Positions 35,135 through 48,495 of a DNA stretch of 64,000 nt are shown here, one piece after another. Below the pieces are notes generated by a model. The model saw nothing but the letters and a program-made list of their open reading frames with translations, was not told the DNA's origin and searched no databases. The position numbers and the translations under genes were made by a program. Positions within the stretch are counted from its first letter, which is position 1, and each line of letters begins with the position of its first letter. The DNA lies in the NCBI GenBank assembly GCA_964276515.1, contig OZ193909.1, positions 13,950,001 to 14,014,000 on the forward strand, given 5' to 3'. The stretch comes from Gordius albopunctatus. Taxonomy: Eukaryota.

Positions 35135-36176
35135 CAAGCGCGTAGGGAAGGGGGGGGTGTTTTCGGGTTTGAACCCCCCCCTCCTCCTGGATATTATTTT
35201 TTTTCAAATACAACACAAAATTATTGACAACACAAAATTATTGATAATCATGATTATAATTAATTTAGCTAGTGTCAAGTGCTGCGTTTATATTTATATA
35301 TATATATGTTAAAAAATTAAGTCGACAAGTTAATAAATTTTGAATTTCGGAATTTGTATTTTTGATTAAAAGCTTCCAAACTGATCTTATTTGTAAATTT
35401 AAGTTCCGCGCCTTATTATGAAGCGATATTCCATTTATACATACTTCCCTAAAAAGAGTAACATTTGCATTTCTGAGGAGAAAGATACAAATAGTCTTGT
35501 CAAAAAAATCACTGATTTTATATCAACCCCCAAAAGATTTAATCTTTTCACTTCTAAAGTATTGTCATTGTCGGATAACCCTAAATTCACAAAATTAATA
35601 TCACTGTGTGAAACTAGATGTACACAAAAGCACAATCATGTTCAAAGATTCTGTGAAGCGAAGGAAGCAATATTTGCTACCTTGGAGGAGATGTGTGAAT
35701 GGGACGATGAAGAATCATCGTCCAATGCGGCGATTTTGCTTTCATCATTAAGGACATCCAACTTTTGGCTGTCTTTGTACATGCTAAATCAAATTTTCTC
35801 TTAGACTATTAATCTTAGCAATTATTTGCAAAAGATTAATATAGACCTTTCTCATGCCATAAATGCAGCCGAAAATGCGTTTATACAGATTCAACATTTG
35901 CGGGAAAATTCCCAAGAAGAATTTAAAACAATCTACAATGATGTCTCGTCACTAGGAGATATATATTATTTCAAAATTACTATTCCTAGGAGAGCCTCAC
36001 GACAAACTCTTCGTTCAAACATTGAAACATCTTGTCCAGAAACTTATTACAGAGTTTCGTTGCATAACTCCTTTTTAGATGCGGTTTTGGTGGAACTTGA
36101 TGAAAGGTTTCTAAAAAACAAGCAAATACTGTTGGGATTTGATTCCCTTCTAATTAAGATGTGTCATATCAAGTAG
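35135..36176 (+). mobile_element. hAT Tip100/P52rIPK-like transposase fragment
   Basis: KLISLCETR..., LQKINIDL..A, IPRRASRQTLRSN....PETYYRVS....FLD....L.ERF, interrupted by a stop. Preceded by a CAAGCGCGTAGG-type end. Confidence 0.8.
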
Positions 36177-36319
36177 CTAACTAACTTAAACCCTTAATAC
36201 GACACGCTGCTTTGCTTGAGTTTGTTTATTATGTTTCGAATAAGTCCTTACGAAAGGCATGTGTTCAAGCATTAAGAGTAGTAAACGAATAACTTTAGAT
36301 AATTGATATTTAAAAAGGG

Positions 36320-36540
36320 AATCCATACATACATTTACAGAATAATGCTAAACATACTGTATATAACTTATTGACTAATGTATTTAGTAATATAAAGATA
36401 TAAATTAAAGTATTTTATACTATCTTATACATCTATTGCTAATCCATACATATATCTATAGAATAACGCTAAACATACTATATATAACTTATTGACTAAA
36501 GTATTTAATAATATAAAGATATAAATTAAACTATTTTATT
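36320..36540. repeat. Two-copy tandem repeat (about 120-bp unit)
   Basis: AATCCATACATA...GCTAAACATACT...ATATAAAGATATAAATTAAA occurs at 36320 and 36441. Confidence 0.8.
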
Positions 36541-36981
36541 GCTATATTTAGTAGCTCATAATTATTTACGTTATAAAGGCTTTAATATGGTTGCAAATAA
36601 TGTTTATTAAATCATGTAAACCATAAACTTTAAGTAACCCTCTTTTATCTTGCCGCATATATCTATTGCCTTATAACTAACTAGTTTTTTATTGTTGTTA
36701 AAAACGCTGTACAAGGTTGGAAAAAAAATTATATTAAGCCTATAATATATGAAGCTTATATTTTTTATTGCTGCATATATATTTCCTTTCATAGTTTAGA
36801 TTAAATGCTTTATAATAAGTTAATATGCATTTACAATATTTTATATATTTATATATAATATATATAATTATATGAAATTTATATTTTAAGTAATGAGATT
36901 TTGCGTCTAGTTTGTATATACCTTTTGCGCATTAGATTACTTGTGCATTAGACTGGTTAAGTATAGATCTTTTTCGCCAAA

Positions 36982-39900
36982 ATGAATGATAAGCAGGTCG
37001 TTGCTGTCCCTGGCAAAAATTGGAATGAAAAGTGTCAAAAGGCGTTAAAATATGAGCTTTTGATAGATGTCCATTTTTTGGTATGTTTTGATTATATTAA
37101 TTTATTATCTTTTTTTAGTTTGAAGAAGATGGCAAAGCTGTAACTCACAAGGCTCACAAATTTTTATTAGCAATGAGTAGTCCCGTATTTCACGCAATGT
37201 TTTATGGGCCTACATCTGTTTCTAAACCCGCGGAAGAGATTACTGTTGTGTCAATTGAGGATATATCTTCCCGAGTTTTTGCCATCTTATTGGAGTAAAT
37301 TAAATATTGTAATAATTGATTTTATCACCATAATTTCATGATTCTTTATTTATTGTGCCAATCTAGTTTTATTTACTACCAGGATAAATTAGTGAACATG
37401 AACATTGGTAATTTGGAAGGCTTAGAACGTGCCCACTTTTTAAACGACCTTTTGTATGCTGCAAAGAAATATATTTTAGATGACATTAGAAAAGTAATTG
37501 GGAATAAAATAAATTCCGAAATAGTGTTAATAAACGCTTATTATCTTTTGCGCCAAGGAAAATTATTTCACGAGGAAATTAGTTGCAGTAAATGCTGGAA
37601 GGTATAAAAAATTATAACATAAATACTTTGATCTAACTAATATATTTTTTTTAATTTTCCTTTAGAATATATTTTTACGATGTATTTTTATTAAAGGAAA
37701 AATATTATAAAACTTTTATATATATTTCTTGCATAAATAAGGTTAAGAAAGTCAAAATCCCCAGGCTAAGTCATATTACTATTTAAGGGGTAGAATAACC
37801 TTAATATTTTTAAAAATGATTATTTTAGTATAAAAAAGATAGAAATACAAATTGTTATATTTTACCCATTACAACCATAAAATGAGTTAAGATGACAACC
37901 TGATTTATGTATAAAAGACGGACTTTACTACAATGGAAATGTTTGTTAATAGATTATTTATGTATAATCTTATTCTATTTTACTTATAAATTGAAAGTTG
38001 AAATATTAAAAAAAATTGCTTTTAAATCTGTATTTATGAGGAATGTATTATATTTAAAAATAATTACAAGTAGAGTAGTTCTGGGGTATTGGTATAGCAT
38101 CGGTCTCCCCTATAGTACAGTTAAAATTTAAGACCTATATTTAGAGCTGTTAAGAACTAGTTCATTTGAACTAGTTCACTTTTTTCTCAACTTCAAACTG
38201 AACTAGTTACCTTTCCAAAAATTGAACTATGAACTAGTTCTTTTTTTAATATTCTGAACTTGAACTTTGTAATATAAATGAACTAGTTCATCACAAAAAT
38301 TAGTATTTAAAATGATTTTATAAGCCGAGTTTGATTGTTTTTAGTGTTTCGATCTCTTCTCATCTCGGTCTCGAAAGCGATTGACAATATAAAAATATGA
38401 ACCAATTATTAAATTAAAACTCGGGCCTTCGGCCCTCGTGGGAAGGGAAGGGGGAACGACTCATCCATACTCCGTATAAACGTAGCGTATTTGCTATGCA
38501 ATTTATGGGCGAGAGAGGTGGGAAGGGGCGAAAATGCCTATAGGGGGGGGGGTATAAAATGCAAAATGATTAGTTAATTATTAATTTATACAAATATTTA
38601 AAAAGTTAAATGGTATTAACAAGAACAATATATTAATTTAATTTTAAAAAAATAAAAAAAATTTGCACTCTCTGGGTATCGAACCAGCAAATAAGAACGT
38701 TTGACGGACGGACAACAAAAAGCGAGCCCATAAATTGCATAGCACTCGTGCATTTTGGAATTATAATTTATGAAATAAGTAATGTTGTAAAAACGGCTGG
38801 GGATTTTGTTTGGTCGACCTTTGGTTTAGGTCGATTAAACATAAACAGACAAAAGGTGGTTTGACCAGAAACTATTTGGTCTGCTGTTTATGCGACTAAG
38901 GAATTAGAGGGGGGGGCAATAATAATTAAGGGAGGGGCAAAATGATCATTTTTTTTACATTTTAGTAATTTAAAAAAAGGATTGAATTTAGAGGGGGCAG
39001 CCGCCCCTCCCCTTGGCTAGGCCCATAAAAACAGTTAATCTGTTTAAGTTTAGTCGACAAATCCGAAAGGTCGACCAAATAAAATCCAGCCGTTTTTACA
39101 ACATAATATATAAGACATTGTCAAAATACTATGATTTTATTTAATGATTTTTCATATTTTATATATTTGGTTATGTTTAGTATTATATCAACAACTATTT
39201 TTTCACTTCTTAGATAAGAAAAAATAGTAACATTTTATACTTTTTTATTCAAAAAATATTTATAGCATGTAAATTCACGCGATGATACAAGCTTGAAATA
39301 TTTAAGACAAAGTAAAATGATCCAAAAATATTTTATTAACCATTAATTAAACTCTCCCCTTTATAATATAGGCGCGGTAGAGTAAACCCCAAAATTAATC
39401 TATACTGCATATACCGAGTGTATGGCTCATTTTTTTTGGGTCACAAATAGCCGATTAATTGGATTCCTAAACTCCACCACTACTCCACGACTATAATAAA
39501 ATTAAAATATATGGTAAACAAGGGTTGGCATCAATCCTCTTAATCGCTATCCCGCATTTATTCTTTGCCGAATCATTGAAACCAACCTAATAAACTAATA
39601 TACTCACAATAGATCTTCACATTAAGTTATCATATGTTTTAAGGGTGTAAGTTTAATTTTATTTGAATTGTATAAGAAATTTTTGAATTATTTTACGGTG
39701 TTAAAAGGTATATGCGAATATGGTATATCTGTTTAGGTAAAGAAATTCCGTCTATGATTGGGATAACCGCTTGATAGTCCCTTATGCTGCAAGTTTTCGA
39801 CAAGCTCCCCTTATTTTGCATCTGGGTGAAATAAATAAGTTTATTACAATATTTTTTTTATGTCTAAATCAATTTTTTTTTACAAAATTTAGGGATATAG

Positions 39901-42900
39901 GCCCATGGATATATTTTATGTTAATTTGTGATAAGGGTCAGGTATTGGCCTACGCTCAACAATTAAATGGCTGTTGAAGTAGGACCTGGCATATTCCAAA
40001 AAAAAGTTTTTTGTTAGCCTCGATTATGTAAAAAATGCCTGTTACTACCGCGCATCTAAAAATGTAACATGCATCATAAGTATATATCAAAAAATTTACA
40101 TGTGCTAAATTGTTCCATTGGTCAGTACCAAGAGACGGTCTATAAATAAATAAGAGTAAAAATAACGAAAAAATATTTCGATTTATACTTTGGCCAATGG
40201 TGATTTTTTCAATGGTCAATAGCCAGGACACGGTTAAAAAGAAATATTATCAATGGTATTAACAAGAACAATAAATTAATTTAAAAAAAAAGAAAAAAAA
40301 ATTTGTTCTCTCCGGGATTCGGACCCACATCAGTAAAGGCATAGGCCCTTTTAGGGAGGGGGCATTGGGTCATTATCAATGTTAACCTAATATACCAATT
40401 CAAGAATGAAAAAAAATATTTTTTTCATTAGTCAGTAGCCAGCAGACGGCCAAAATGTCATATTATCAATGGTATTAACAAGAAAAAAATATTAATTTAA
40501 TTTTAAAAAATTTGTCCTCTCCGGCGATTGAACCAGCAAGTCAGAAAGCTGAAATGACGGAGACGGACGGACAACAAAAAGCGAACCCATAAATTGCATA
40601 GCAATTAATAGAAATGCAATATGAAAAAAAGACTATAAATAAGCCTAAAGTATAGAATATAAATTTTTTTAGTTTTAGCGAATTATAACATTTATTATAT
40701 CAAATTCAGTGTGTCAAATATAAATACACATATAAGAAAAATCATTTAATGAAAAGTAAACTATGATATTAATGTTTCAGGTCGCATTTTATATACCAAA
40801 AAATTGCCTACCATTTCTTACTAACTTTGCCGTTAAATATTTATTAAAGTATATATCGTGTATTTAAGTTGCAGAATTTCCATATAGAAACGTTTGTTGA
40901 ATGCACCTGACCAGAGCTGTTAAGAACTAGTTCACTTTTTTCTGAACTTAGAACTGAACTAGTTACCTTCCCAAAAATTTGAACTGTGAACTTGAACTAG
41001 TTCATTTTTTTAAGATTGAACTTGAACTAATTTTTTTTTCTAATTCTGAACTTGAACTATACAATGTAATTGAACTAGTTCATCACAAATATATTATTTA
41101 AAATAAATTTATAAGCCGAGTGTATATGCATCAACAATTTGACGTGCATTGTAGTGATGATCAAAACCTAGGTCAGGTTTTCCCGAGGTCCAACCTCAGG
41201 TCGGTTTTAGGTTCGGGTGTTCAAAAACCTGGTAAAAGGAAAGGTTTTTGAACACCCGAACCTTAACCCTCAGGTTGCCTGATCAAAACCTAGGTTTTGA
41301 TCATCACTAGTGCATTGTCTTCTCGGTAATCATACCGACACACAGTAACCGCGAATTTTTGATTTTAAAAACACAGAAATTTTTAGAAAAGATGGATACC
41401 CTTAGGGATTCGGGTGTTTGCTCTGAAGTAGATAACAGGAACGAGGCAGCTCAATCTACTTTTTTACCTTGGCCTTCAATGGAAGAATACTTCAAATATG
41501 TATCTTTAGATAAAGATTCATTCAAAGTTAAGTGCAAACTATGCACTAAAGTTGTGGCGGCTTCAAGAACCTCAACAGCCAATTTATGGAGACATATAAA
41601 GGTAATAAGAATAACTTATTATAATTTATAATATAAAATCTAGGTGTCTCACTTTCAAAAACATGATGAGATTAAGAAGGCTGGAAAAAGTTGTGAAGCT
41701 AACAAAAAGTTAACACAGGCCTTTATATAACCAAAATTCCCAAATGGCAATTATTAAATATATAATCAATGCTAATCAACCATTTTCGCTATGCGATGAT
41801 AACACATTAAAGAATTGTTGAGGGCTTTTAATCCAAAAGCAAAAACAATTTGTAGGCAAACACTCACAGGGAAGGTAATGAAATTTGCTGCAAAGATGAA
41901 AGATACAGTTAGAACAAAGTTAATGGCACCCAAGTATGTATGTACAACTGCAGACTGTTGGACAGCATTTAATAAGTACTTATTTATTTCTCTAAAATTG
42001 TCAATTTTTTTTTGTTGTTAGGTCATTTATTGGGGTAACAGCTCATTGGATAGACGATGAGAGTCTTAAAAGAGTTGATGCAGTTCTAGCCTGCAAATGT
42101 TTAGAGGGGAGGCACTCTTTTGATGTTATATGCAAATCCCTCACTCAAATTTACAAAGAGTACCATATTCAAAACAAAAATATCTGTACAATTACTGACA
42201 ACGGATCTAATTTCGTTAAAGCATTCAGGTACTATTTATATAATTCTTCTTTCCTAACATTTATATAGGTTTTTTAATGAAAATGATGAGATGCAGGAGG
42301 AAGTAGTATCTCTTAAGGATATACTTGATCGGGCTGGTTTAGAGGGACATAATCAAAATGATTATGATTATCTACCCAAACATAAGAGATGTGCTTGTCA
42401 CACCCTAAATCTGATTGCTACAAGTGATGTTAACAAACTTTTAAGGTAATGGAGCCACTTGCTAAGGCCCTTGAAATTTTGCAGGGGCAAACATACATGT
42501 ATATGGCTTATTATACACCTACCATAAGCCAGATTCAGTTATGTCTGCAGAATATGGTTAACTTAAAATGGGCTCAACCATTAAAAGATGCTATTTTGAA
42601 AGGAATAAACATCAGGTATCAAATATAAATGGATTTAATATATAAATCATATGGTTTTAAGATTTCCTGATCTCTATGATGAGGAAAATATTATTGCAGC
42701 TGTCCTACATCCAATTTTTAAGACAGACTGGGCTTGGATCCGGTCACCGGAAAATGTTGAGGAAAGGTCCAGAATCTTAAAAGCAATAAATTTACTAGTG
42801 CCTCAAACAACTGAAAATATCGAGGTGCATGATACACAGAATGGTTTAGATTTTTTTGATATAATACGCGAGAATTCTAATAAAGAAACAATTGAAGGCT

Positions 42901-45221
42901 ATATTAAATTAAATAATACCTCATTTGATGTATTCGATGAATTTCCCAATCTAAAGCAAATTTTTATCAAATTTAATGTTTGCCTTCCATCTAGTGCTCG
43001 AGTTGAGAGGCTTTTCAGTCTGGGAAAGCTTATATTTGGAGATAAACGTACTTGTTTATTAAACGATAATTTTGAGAACAATATTTTATTAAAGTCCAAT
43101 TCACATCTACTTTCACATGATTTTTATTGTAAATTATAATTGTATATTGTTTGTAATCAGGATTTTAAACATTGTATAGTTGATGATTTTGTTATATATG
43201 AATATTTCCTTAAATTAGATTTTCAAATATATAATAAAATAAACTATGAAATTTATTTAAAATTTTGGATAGCTCTCAACAAAAACTGATTTTAATTTAG
43301 GAATCATTTCCTAAATTGGATTAGATTTATACTTAATCATATTTAAAAAAATGAACTGAACTTTAACTAGTTATTTTTGTAAAATTGAAATATTAACTTG
43401 AACTAGTTACATTTTTTCCTACTTGAACTGGTTACTTTTGAAAAAAAAATGAACTTGAACTAATGATTTTTTCAAATTGAACTATGAACTTGAACTAATT
43501 CGTATCATAGATGAACTTTAACAGCTCTGCACCTGACAACCCTATTTTATTAGTTCGTGTTTATTGAATGATAATTTTGAAAATAATATTTTATTCAAGT
43601 CCAATTCCCATCTACTTCCACCTGATTTCTATTATCAATTGTAATTATATAGCTGATTTAGTTTGTATAAAAAAGCTTGTTGGTTTATGAAAAATGTTCA
43701 TTAAATTAGATTTTATAATGGACTATTTAAAATTTAAATTAAACAATAAAAAGTTTAATAATTAAACTCAATCAATAAAAATTTGTTTCATAGAATTTTA
43801 AAATTGCGGATTGAACTTAGATTTAAAAAACTGATTTTGGATCATATAAAACGTTTTTCAAAGACCCATTGGATCGGATTAAAATTCTATGATATTAAAA
43901 AAAATGAACTGAACTTGAACTAATAGTTTTTTCAAACTGAACTATGAACTTGAACTAGTTCATATCTAAGATGAACTTTAACAGCTCTACCCATAGTACC
44001 TTAAAGTTATTTAATGCATCCTACTAACACTCTTTTTCATGTGCAATAATTTGACAAGTTTTACTAGCTAATTTTATTGAAATTTTAACATTTATAATTA
44101 TCGTGAAAAGATGAGGTATGTTGTTGGTTTAAAACACTTGAATGATCTAATTTCATGCCAGAATTTAAAGGTAACTACAGTTGTTAATTTAGGTCGGGCT
44201 ATTACTTATACATGACGCTACAGTTTATGTATATTATTGCTTAAATCATACCCAGAACAATTAAGCTAGAATAAATTTAAAACTTAATTTTTGCATAATG
44301 GTCATAATAATTGGTGAGATGACTTTAAAAAATGGTGTTAAAATGTTTAAAATTTATTACTTGTAGGTATTGTGGGAAAATGGTGAAAAATTTATCAAAT
44401 CTGATTCATTTTTGAATATGACGGCCGAAGATTTATTGAGTTTTCTGATCGCCGATAACCTAATTGCACAAGATATTGATTTATTTCGAGCCGTATTAAA
44501 ATGGGCTAATTATAACATTAAAAAAGGAGACGAAGTCATCACGCCCAACCATATCAGAACATTCTTAGGCGAGGATATTATCAAAGCTATTAGGTATCCA
44601 CTCATTAGTGTAGACGACTTAAAAGATATAATCGTTAAATCTGGAATACTTAATCAAGAAGAAATAATAGAAGTCCTTTTTTCTTATTTTGGAAAAAGTG
44701 AATCGAATAAATTAAACAAATTTATTACCAAGTCCCGAAAGCAAAAAGTGGAATCATCTATTTTTGTTACTGTAACCTACAATCAGGGAAGGTCATATTC
44801 ATATTCCCCAGAAGATTACTTTTCGATTCAAAGTCATGCATTGGTGAGTATAAAAATTCATGGCATGTACATACTAAATCCTTGGACCTCATCAGACTAT
44901 CATTCAAAATATGGTTCTAGAACTAATTATGTGATTAATCTATTTGATTCCAAGGAAGTTCTTTTAACTTCCGCCATTTTACAACATGGTTCTTCTAATA
45001 GCAGCGAATCCTATGTTAGAGTGAATTTTGAAAATCCTATACCCATTGAAATTAATGGGCAAACGAAGTGGTTCAAAGTGCAAACGCTCCCGTCAATAAC
45101 ATCTCTCTATTATATTAAATCTTGTCATAGCATAAAATATGGATCGGCAGTTTTTAGTCTAAATATCGCTAAGGATAAAAAATACTTATGCGGATTAATT
45201 GTGGAATCAATCAAAGAGTGA
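36982..45221 (+). CDS. BTB/POZ-BACK protein, BTBD1/2/3/6-like; exons 36982-37080, 37119-37294, 37367-37601, 44367-45221
   Basis: DVHFL|F...AHKFLLAMSSPVFHAMFYG...IEDIS...F..LL..IY...LLYAAKKY. BACK region LFRAVLKWA...IRYPLI. C-terminal FENPIPIE is PHR-like. Splice phases are consistent across a 6765-nt intron 3. Confidence 0.85.
38491..38744. mobile_element. MITE with TGCTATGCAATTTATGGG TIR
   Basis: TIR pair at 38491 and 38744. A further right end lies at 40604 and related ends at about 27115, 30026, 33075, 56385 and 63190. Confidence 0.65.
40912..43529 (+). mobile_element. hAT transposon with intron-containing BED-finger transposase (about 41391-43139), internally deleted
   Basis: TIR CAGAGCTGTTAA and perfect TSD CACCTGAC. 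Motifs: CKLC..RHIK, TTADCW, GVTAHWID, TDNGSNFVKAF, CACHTLNL, PSSARVERLFS. The RW-containing segment is missing at about 42445. Confidence 0.92.
41152..41309. mobile_element. 158-bp palindromic hAT MITE
   Basis: TIR TAGTGATGATCAAAACCTAGG and perfect TSD GTGCATTG. Confidence 0.92.
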
Positions 45222-46218
45222 ATGAATATAAATTAATTGCGACTCTCCTTATTTAAAAAATGTTGTTTGCTGACTTATAATTGAATTACATTACATACCA
45301 TGGTAGAGTATATTCCATATTTGTGACCCCCTAGGTAGGGGAGACCAGGGCCTAAATAGCCATAAAAAATAAAACCACTTTAAAAAAACGAATGAAGATT
45401 TTTATAATTTTTTTTTGGAATACATTTTTAATTTTCGGGCGGGCACGCTGATAAGATTTGGGCATGCCCAAATTTTACCAAATTAATTTTCCTTTAAAAA
45501 AGAAAAATTCGCTTATAAACAATTTTGGGCCATAATAAATTTGACTAGATTTTTTTCATCACTTAAATCTTCATTGTACGTTTATATAATGTCCTAATTT
45601 CAATTTCTTCGAAATTAAATTTTATTTCGAATAAATTAGTTTAACTGGTTTGTCTCCAAATCAAAAAATTTTAATTTTCACATTATATTATAAAAGAATA
45701 AAATCACAGCGATTTAAACTGCCATGTGCGTAGACAAGGGGGGGGGGCAGGAAGGGGCAGCTGCCCCCCTCTAAACTCAAAAATTTGTTAAAATTTATTA
45801 ATATTATGGCTAAATTTTCAAAATATGATCATTTTTCCCCTCCCTAAATCATTATTGCCCCCTCTAATTTCAATGCTGGCTACTCCCTTGTAAACTTCTA
45901 CTCTAATCTAATACTATGGAAGAAACTATTTTACTCTCTGGTAGTAAATTATTTTATTACATTTTTATCGCGTTCAGTTAAATCTTTGCCCTACTCCATT
46001 ATGGAAAGGATTGGATTATTTATATTTATGTAATAGCCAAAGCCATTTCATTGTTCGCAATACACATGTGTGCCCTCTAGACTTAAAACAAAGGCTCATG
46101 CCATTTTCTAACAATGCGCATAATTGTAATTCATTTAATTTCTTAACAACTAAAAAAACGGTGGAAAAATAAAGCAAACAAGTCACATTAAGGTTATTAA
46201 AAAATATAACTATTTTAG

Positions 46219-46784
46219 GTATCCTAAATTAGCAAGGTTTACAAAAATACTCTTTGCCATCCCGGCGACGAGTGCTGCTAGTGAAAGAAGTTCTTCTATC
46301 GCAGGAAGATTAATTGAGGAAAGACGCACAAGATTATCCCGGAAATTGTCGACGATATGAATAATAAAATATTGTCATCTTTGTTTGGATCAATATGCCA
46401 TTGCTTATTTTGTAATAGTGGCTAAAGATTTTGGGATTGGATAATTTCGGATCTACCGGGAAAATTTTATTAATCAGGCCGGGCAGCTCTAATGGTTTGG
46501 GCATGGCTGAGCCGACACTTAGAAGGGTTCAGGCGGGAAATTTAGTTAAAATTGGACCGGGCCGGGTTCGGGCAGAAAATTTTTAACTACTCTGACCTCT
46601 TTTTGGGACCTCATAAATTCGGCAATAACGGGCAAATTTAATATTTCGGGCCGGGCGATTCAGGCAGCTTTAACAATTCGGGCGGGCTCCGGCGGACACT
46701 TAGATGGGTTAGGGGGGGCAATGAAGGTAAAAAATTTAGTCGGGCCGGGTTCGGGCAGAAAATTCCCAACAAATCTGACCTCTG
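46219..46784 (+). mobile_element. hAT right-end remnant with dimerisation-domain fragment
   Basis: YPKLARF...IPATSAASERSSS.AG.LIEERRTRL, followed by CGGGCCGGG subterminal repeats ending CTGACCTCTG. Confidence 0.7.
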
Positions 46785-46821
46785 ATCTAGATACTGTGCA
46801 CACAAAGACATTTGTTGCACT

Positions 46822-48495
46822 TAAAGACCTGCAAAATCAATTTTTTAAGGCCCGGCCAGGGCTCGGAATTCAAAATGGGGAAAAGGTCCGGTCCGGGCCC
46901 CCGAATTTTGAAATATTTAAAAACAAGGCCCGGGCCCGGAATTTTTAGAATTGCAGGAATTTAATCAAACTCAATTTTTATAAGATTTTTAATTAAAAAA
47001 TAAAACGTAGGTAATATAATTATAAATCGATAATGGAACTATTTTGGATGCAAAAAACACAGGCATCAAAAATTTCCGTGTTTAAATTTGTTCTTCGGTC
47101 TTAATAAATCCAGCCCGCTAACGAAAAACACCTCTCACTCGAGGCAAATGAAGCAGGTGTCGAAAAATCTTAAAACAAGGGAGCTAAGCGCTAGAAATTG
47201 ACCACTATGGTCTTTCCACAACGCCTCTGGATTTCGAATCAAATCGAATATTTTTAGTATTCGATTCGATAATTTTATTTGAAAAAATATTAAATTCGAG
47301 AGTCGTGGAATATTAAAATAAGGGTTCAAATTCGATTCAAAAAAATTTAAAAATTCGATTCGAATATTTTTAAAGTTTTTTAATTTCTAAATATCGCTAT
47401 AAATGAATTTATTCATAAAAATGCAATGATTGAATCTAAAAATATTAAAGAAGGATAAAATATCGATATTTTAGTCAGTCTTTATTTGTTATATACAAAA
47501 ACTTAGACGATGATTGCAGGTTGCAAATTCGATGATTTTGTATGGTCCCAAACCATTAACTTATTTTTATTCTTCAGTATCAAAATTATTTAAATTAATA
47601 TAGTCTCTTATTAAAAATTTCGCCTAGATGGCATTAATTAGAGTTTATCTATTATTTAGTTTCGGTATCCGTACAACGGGTTATTATCTTGTTTTATTAT
47701 AAATCTAAAATGTTTATATATATAAATAAAATCTCGGCGCATAAGGTCAATACATATCAAAATATATTATTTATGTTAAAGTTTAATTCATAAGTACAAA
47801 AATAATATAAACATTAAATAATAGTTCACCTAAAATGTTAGCAAAAATATTGGATTTTTTTTGAAGGTGAACCCCATATTCTATGTAAAGTGATATTTTT
47901 ATATTTTGTGTATGCTTATAAAATTTAAATTTAGTGATCGAGGAAAATAACTAATTTGCGGAAAGATGAAAACAGCTTAATTATTTTCGTCTTGTATATT
48001 TAAAATAACTATCAAGTATAAATAATATTCGATTCGATTTTCGAATCTCACCAGGTAAAAATATTAGAGTCGAAATTCAGACCTAAGAATTCGAATTCGG
48101 ATTTGATTCAAAATTTCGAATCGAATCCGAATTTGAATCTAGAATCGAATATCTCCCAAGGGTGTACTTTCCACCATTCCAATATTTCTATTTTTTTTCG
48201 TTGATCCTTAACTTTATGTAGGTGTGGATTTACTTTACTTTATAAAATTCTTTCCGAATATTTTCAGCTATTAGGAGTATATTTTTTTTTGTTCCATACT
48301 CAATTGTTTGTATATTAGAAAAAGCGTAAAATGAATGAATCAATAACTTGTAATTTATTAATTTTTTGTAATTATTGTTTTAAACAGAAAAAAAGACTAC
48401 TTAGACTACTACTTATAAATTATTTACTTCTAAATTATTCCGGGCCGGGCCTATTATTTATGAATTAGGCCCGGGCCCGTCCGTGCAGTTCTCTA
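46822..48495 (-). mobile_element. Non-autonomous hAT element
   Basis: TIR TAAAGACCTGCA / TGCAGTTCTCTA and TSD GTTGCACT. Internal minus-strand ILEWWK...SSERCFSLAG remnant. Confidence 0.85.
47220..48166. mobile_element. Non-autonomous TIR element with TTCGAA-rich subtermini
   Basis: 8-bp TSD CTTTCCAC (47212-47219, 48167-48174). Imperfect ends AACGCCTCTGG / CCAAGGGTGTA. Confidence 0.75.

Larger units (their letters stand above)
38142..43989. mobile_element. hAT element (TAGAGCTGTTAA TIR) carrying nested inserts, in BTB intron 3
   Basis: TIRs at 38142 and 43989, degenerate TSD CCTATATT/CCCATAGT, and TGAACTAGTTCA subterminal arrays. Absent from the paralogous intron at about 62580. Confidence 0.82.
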
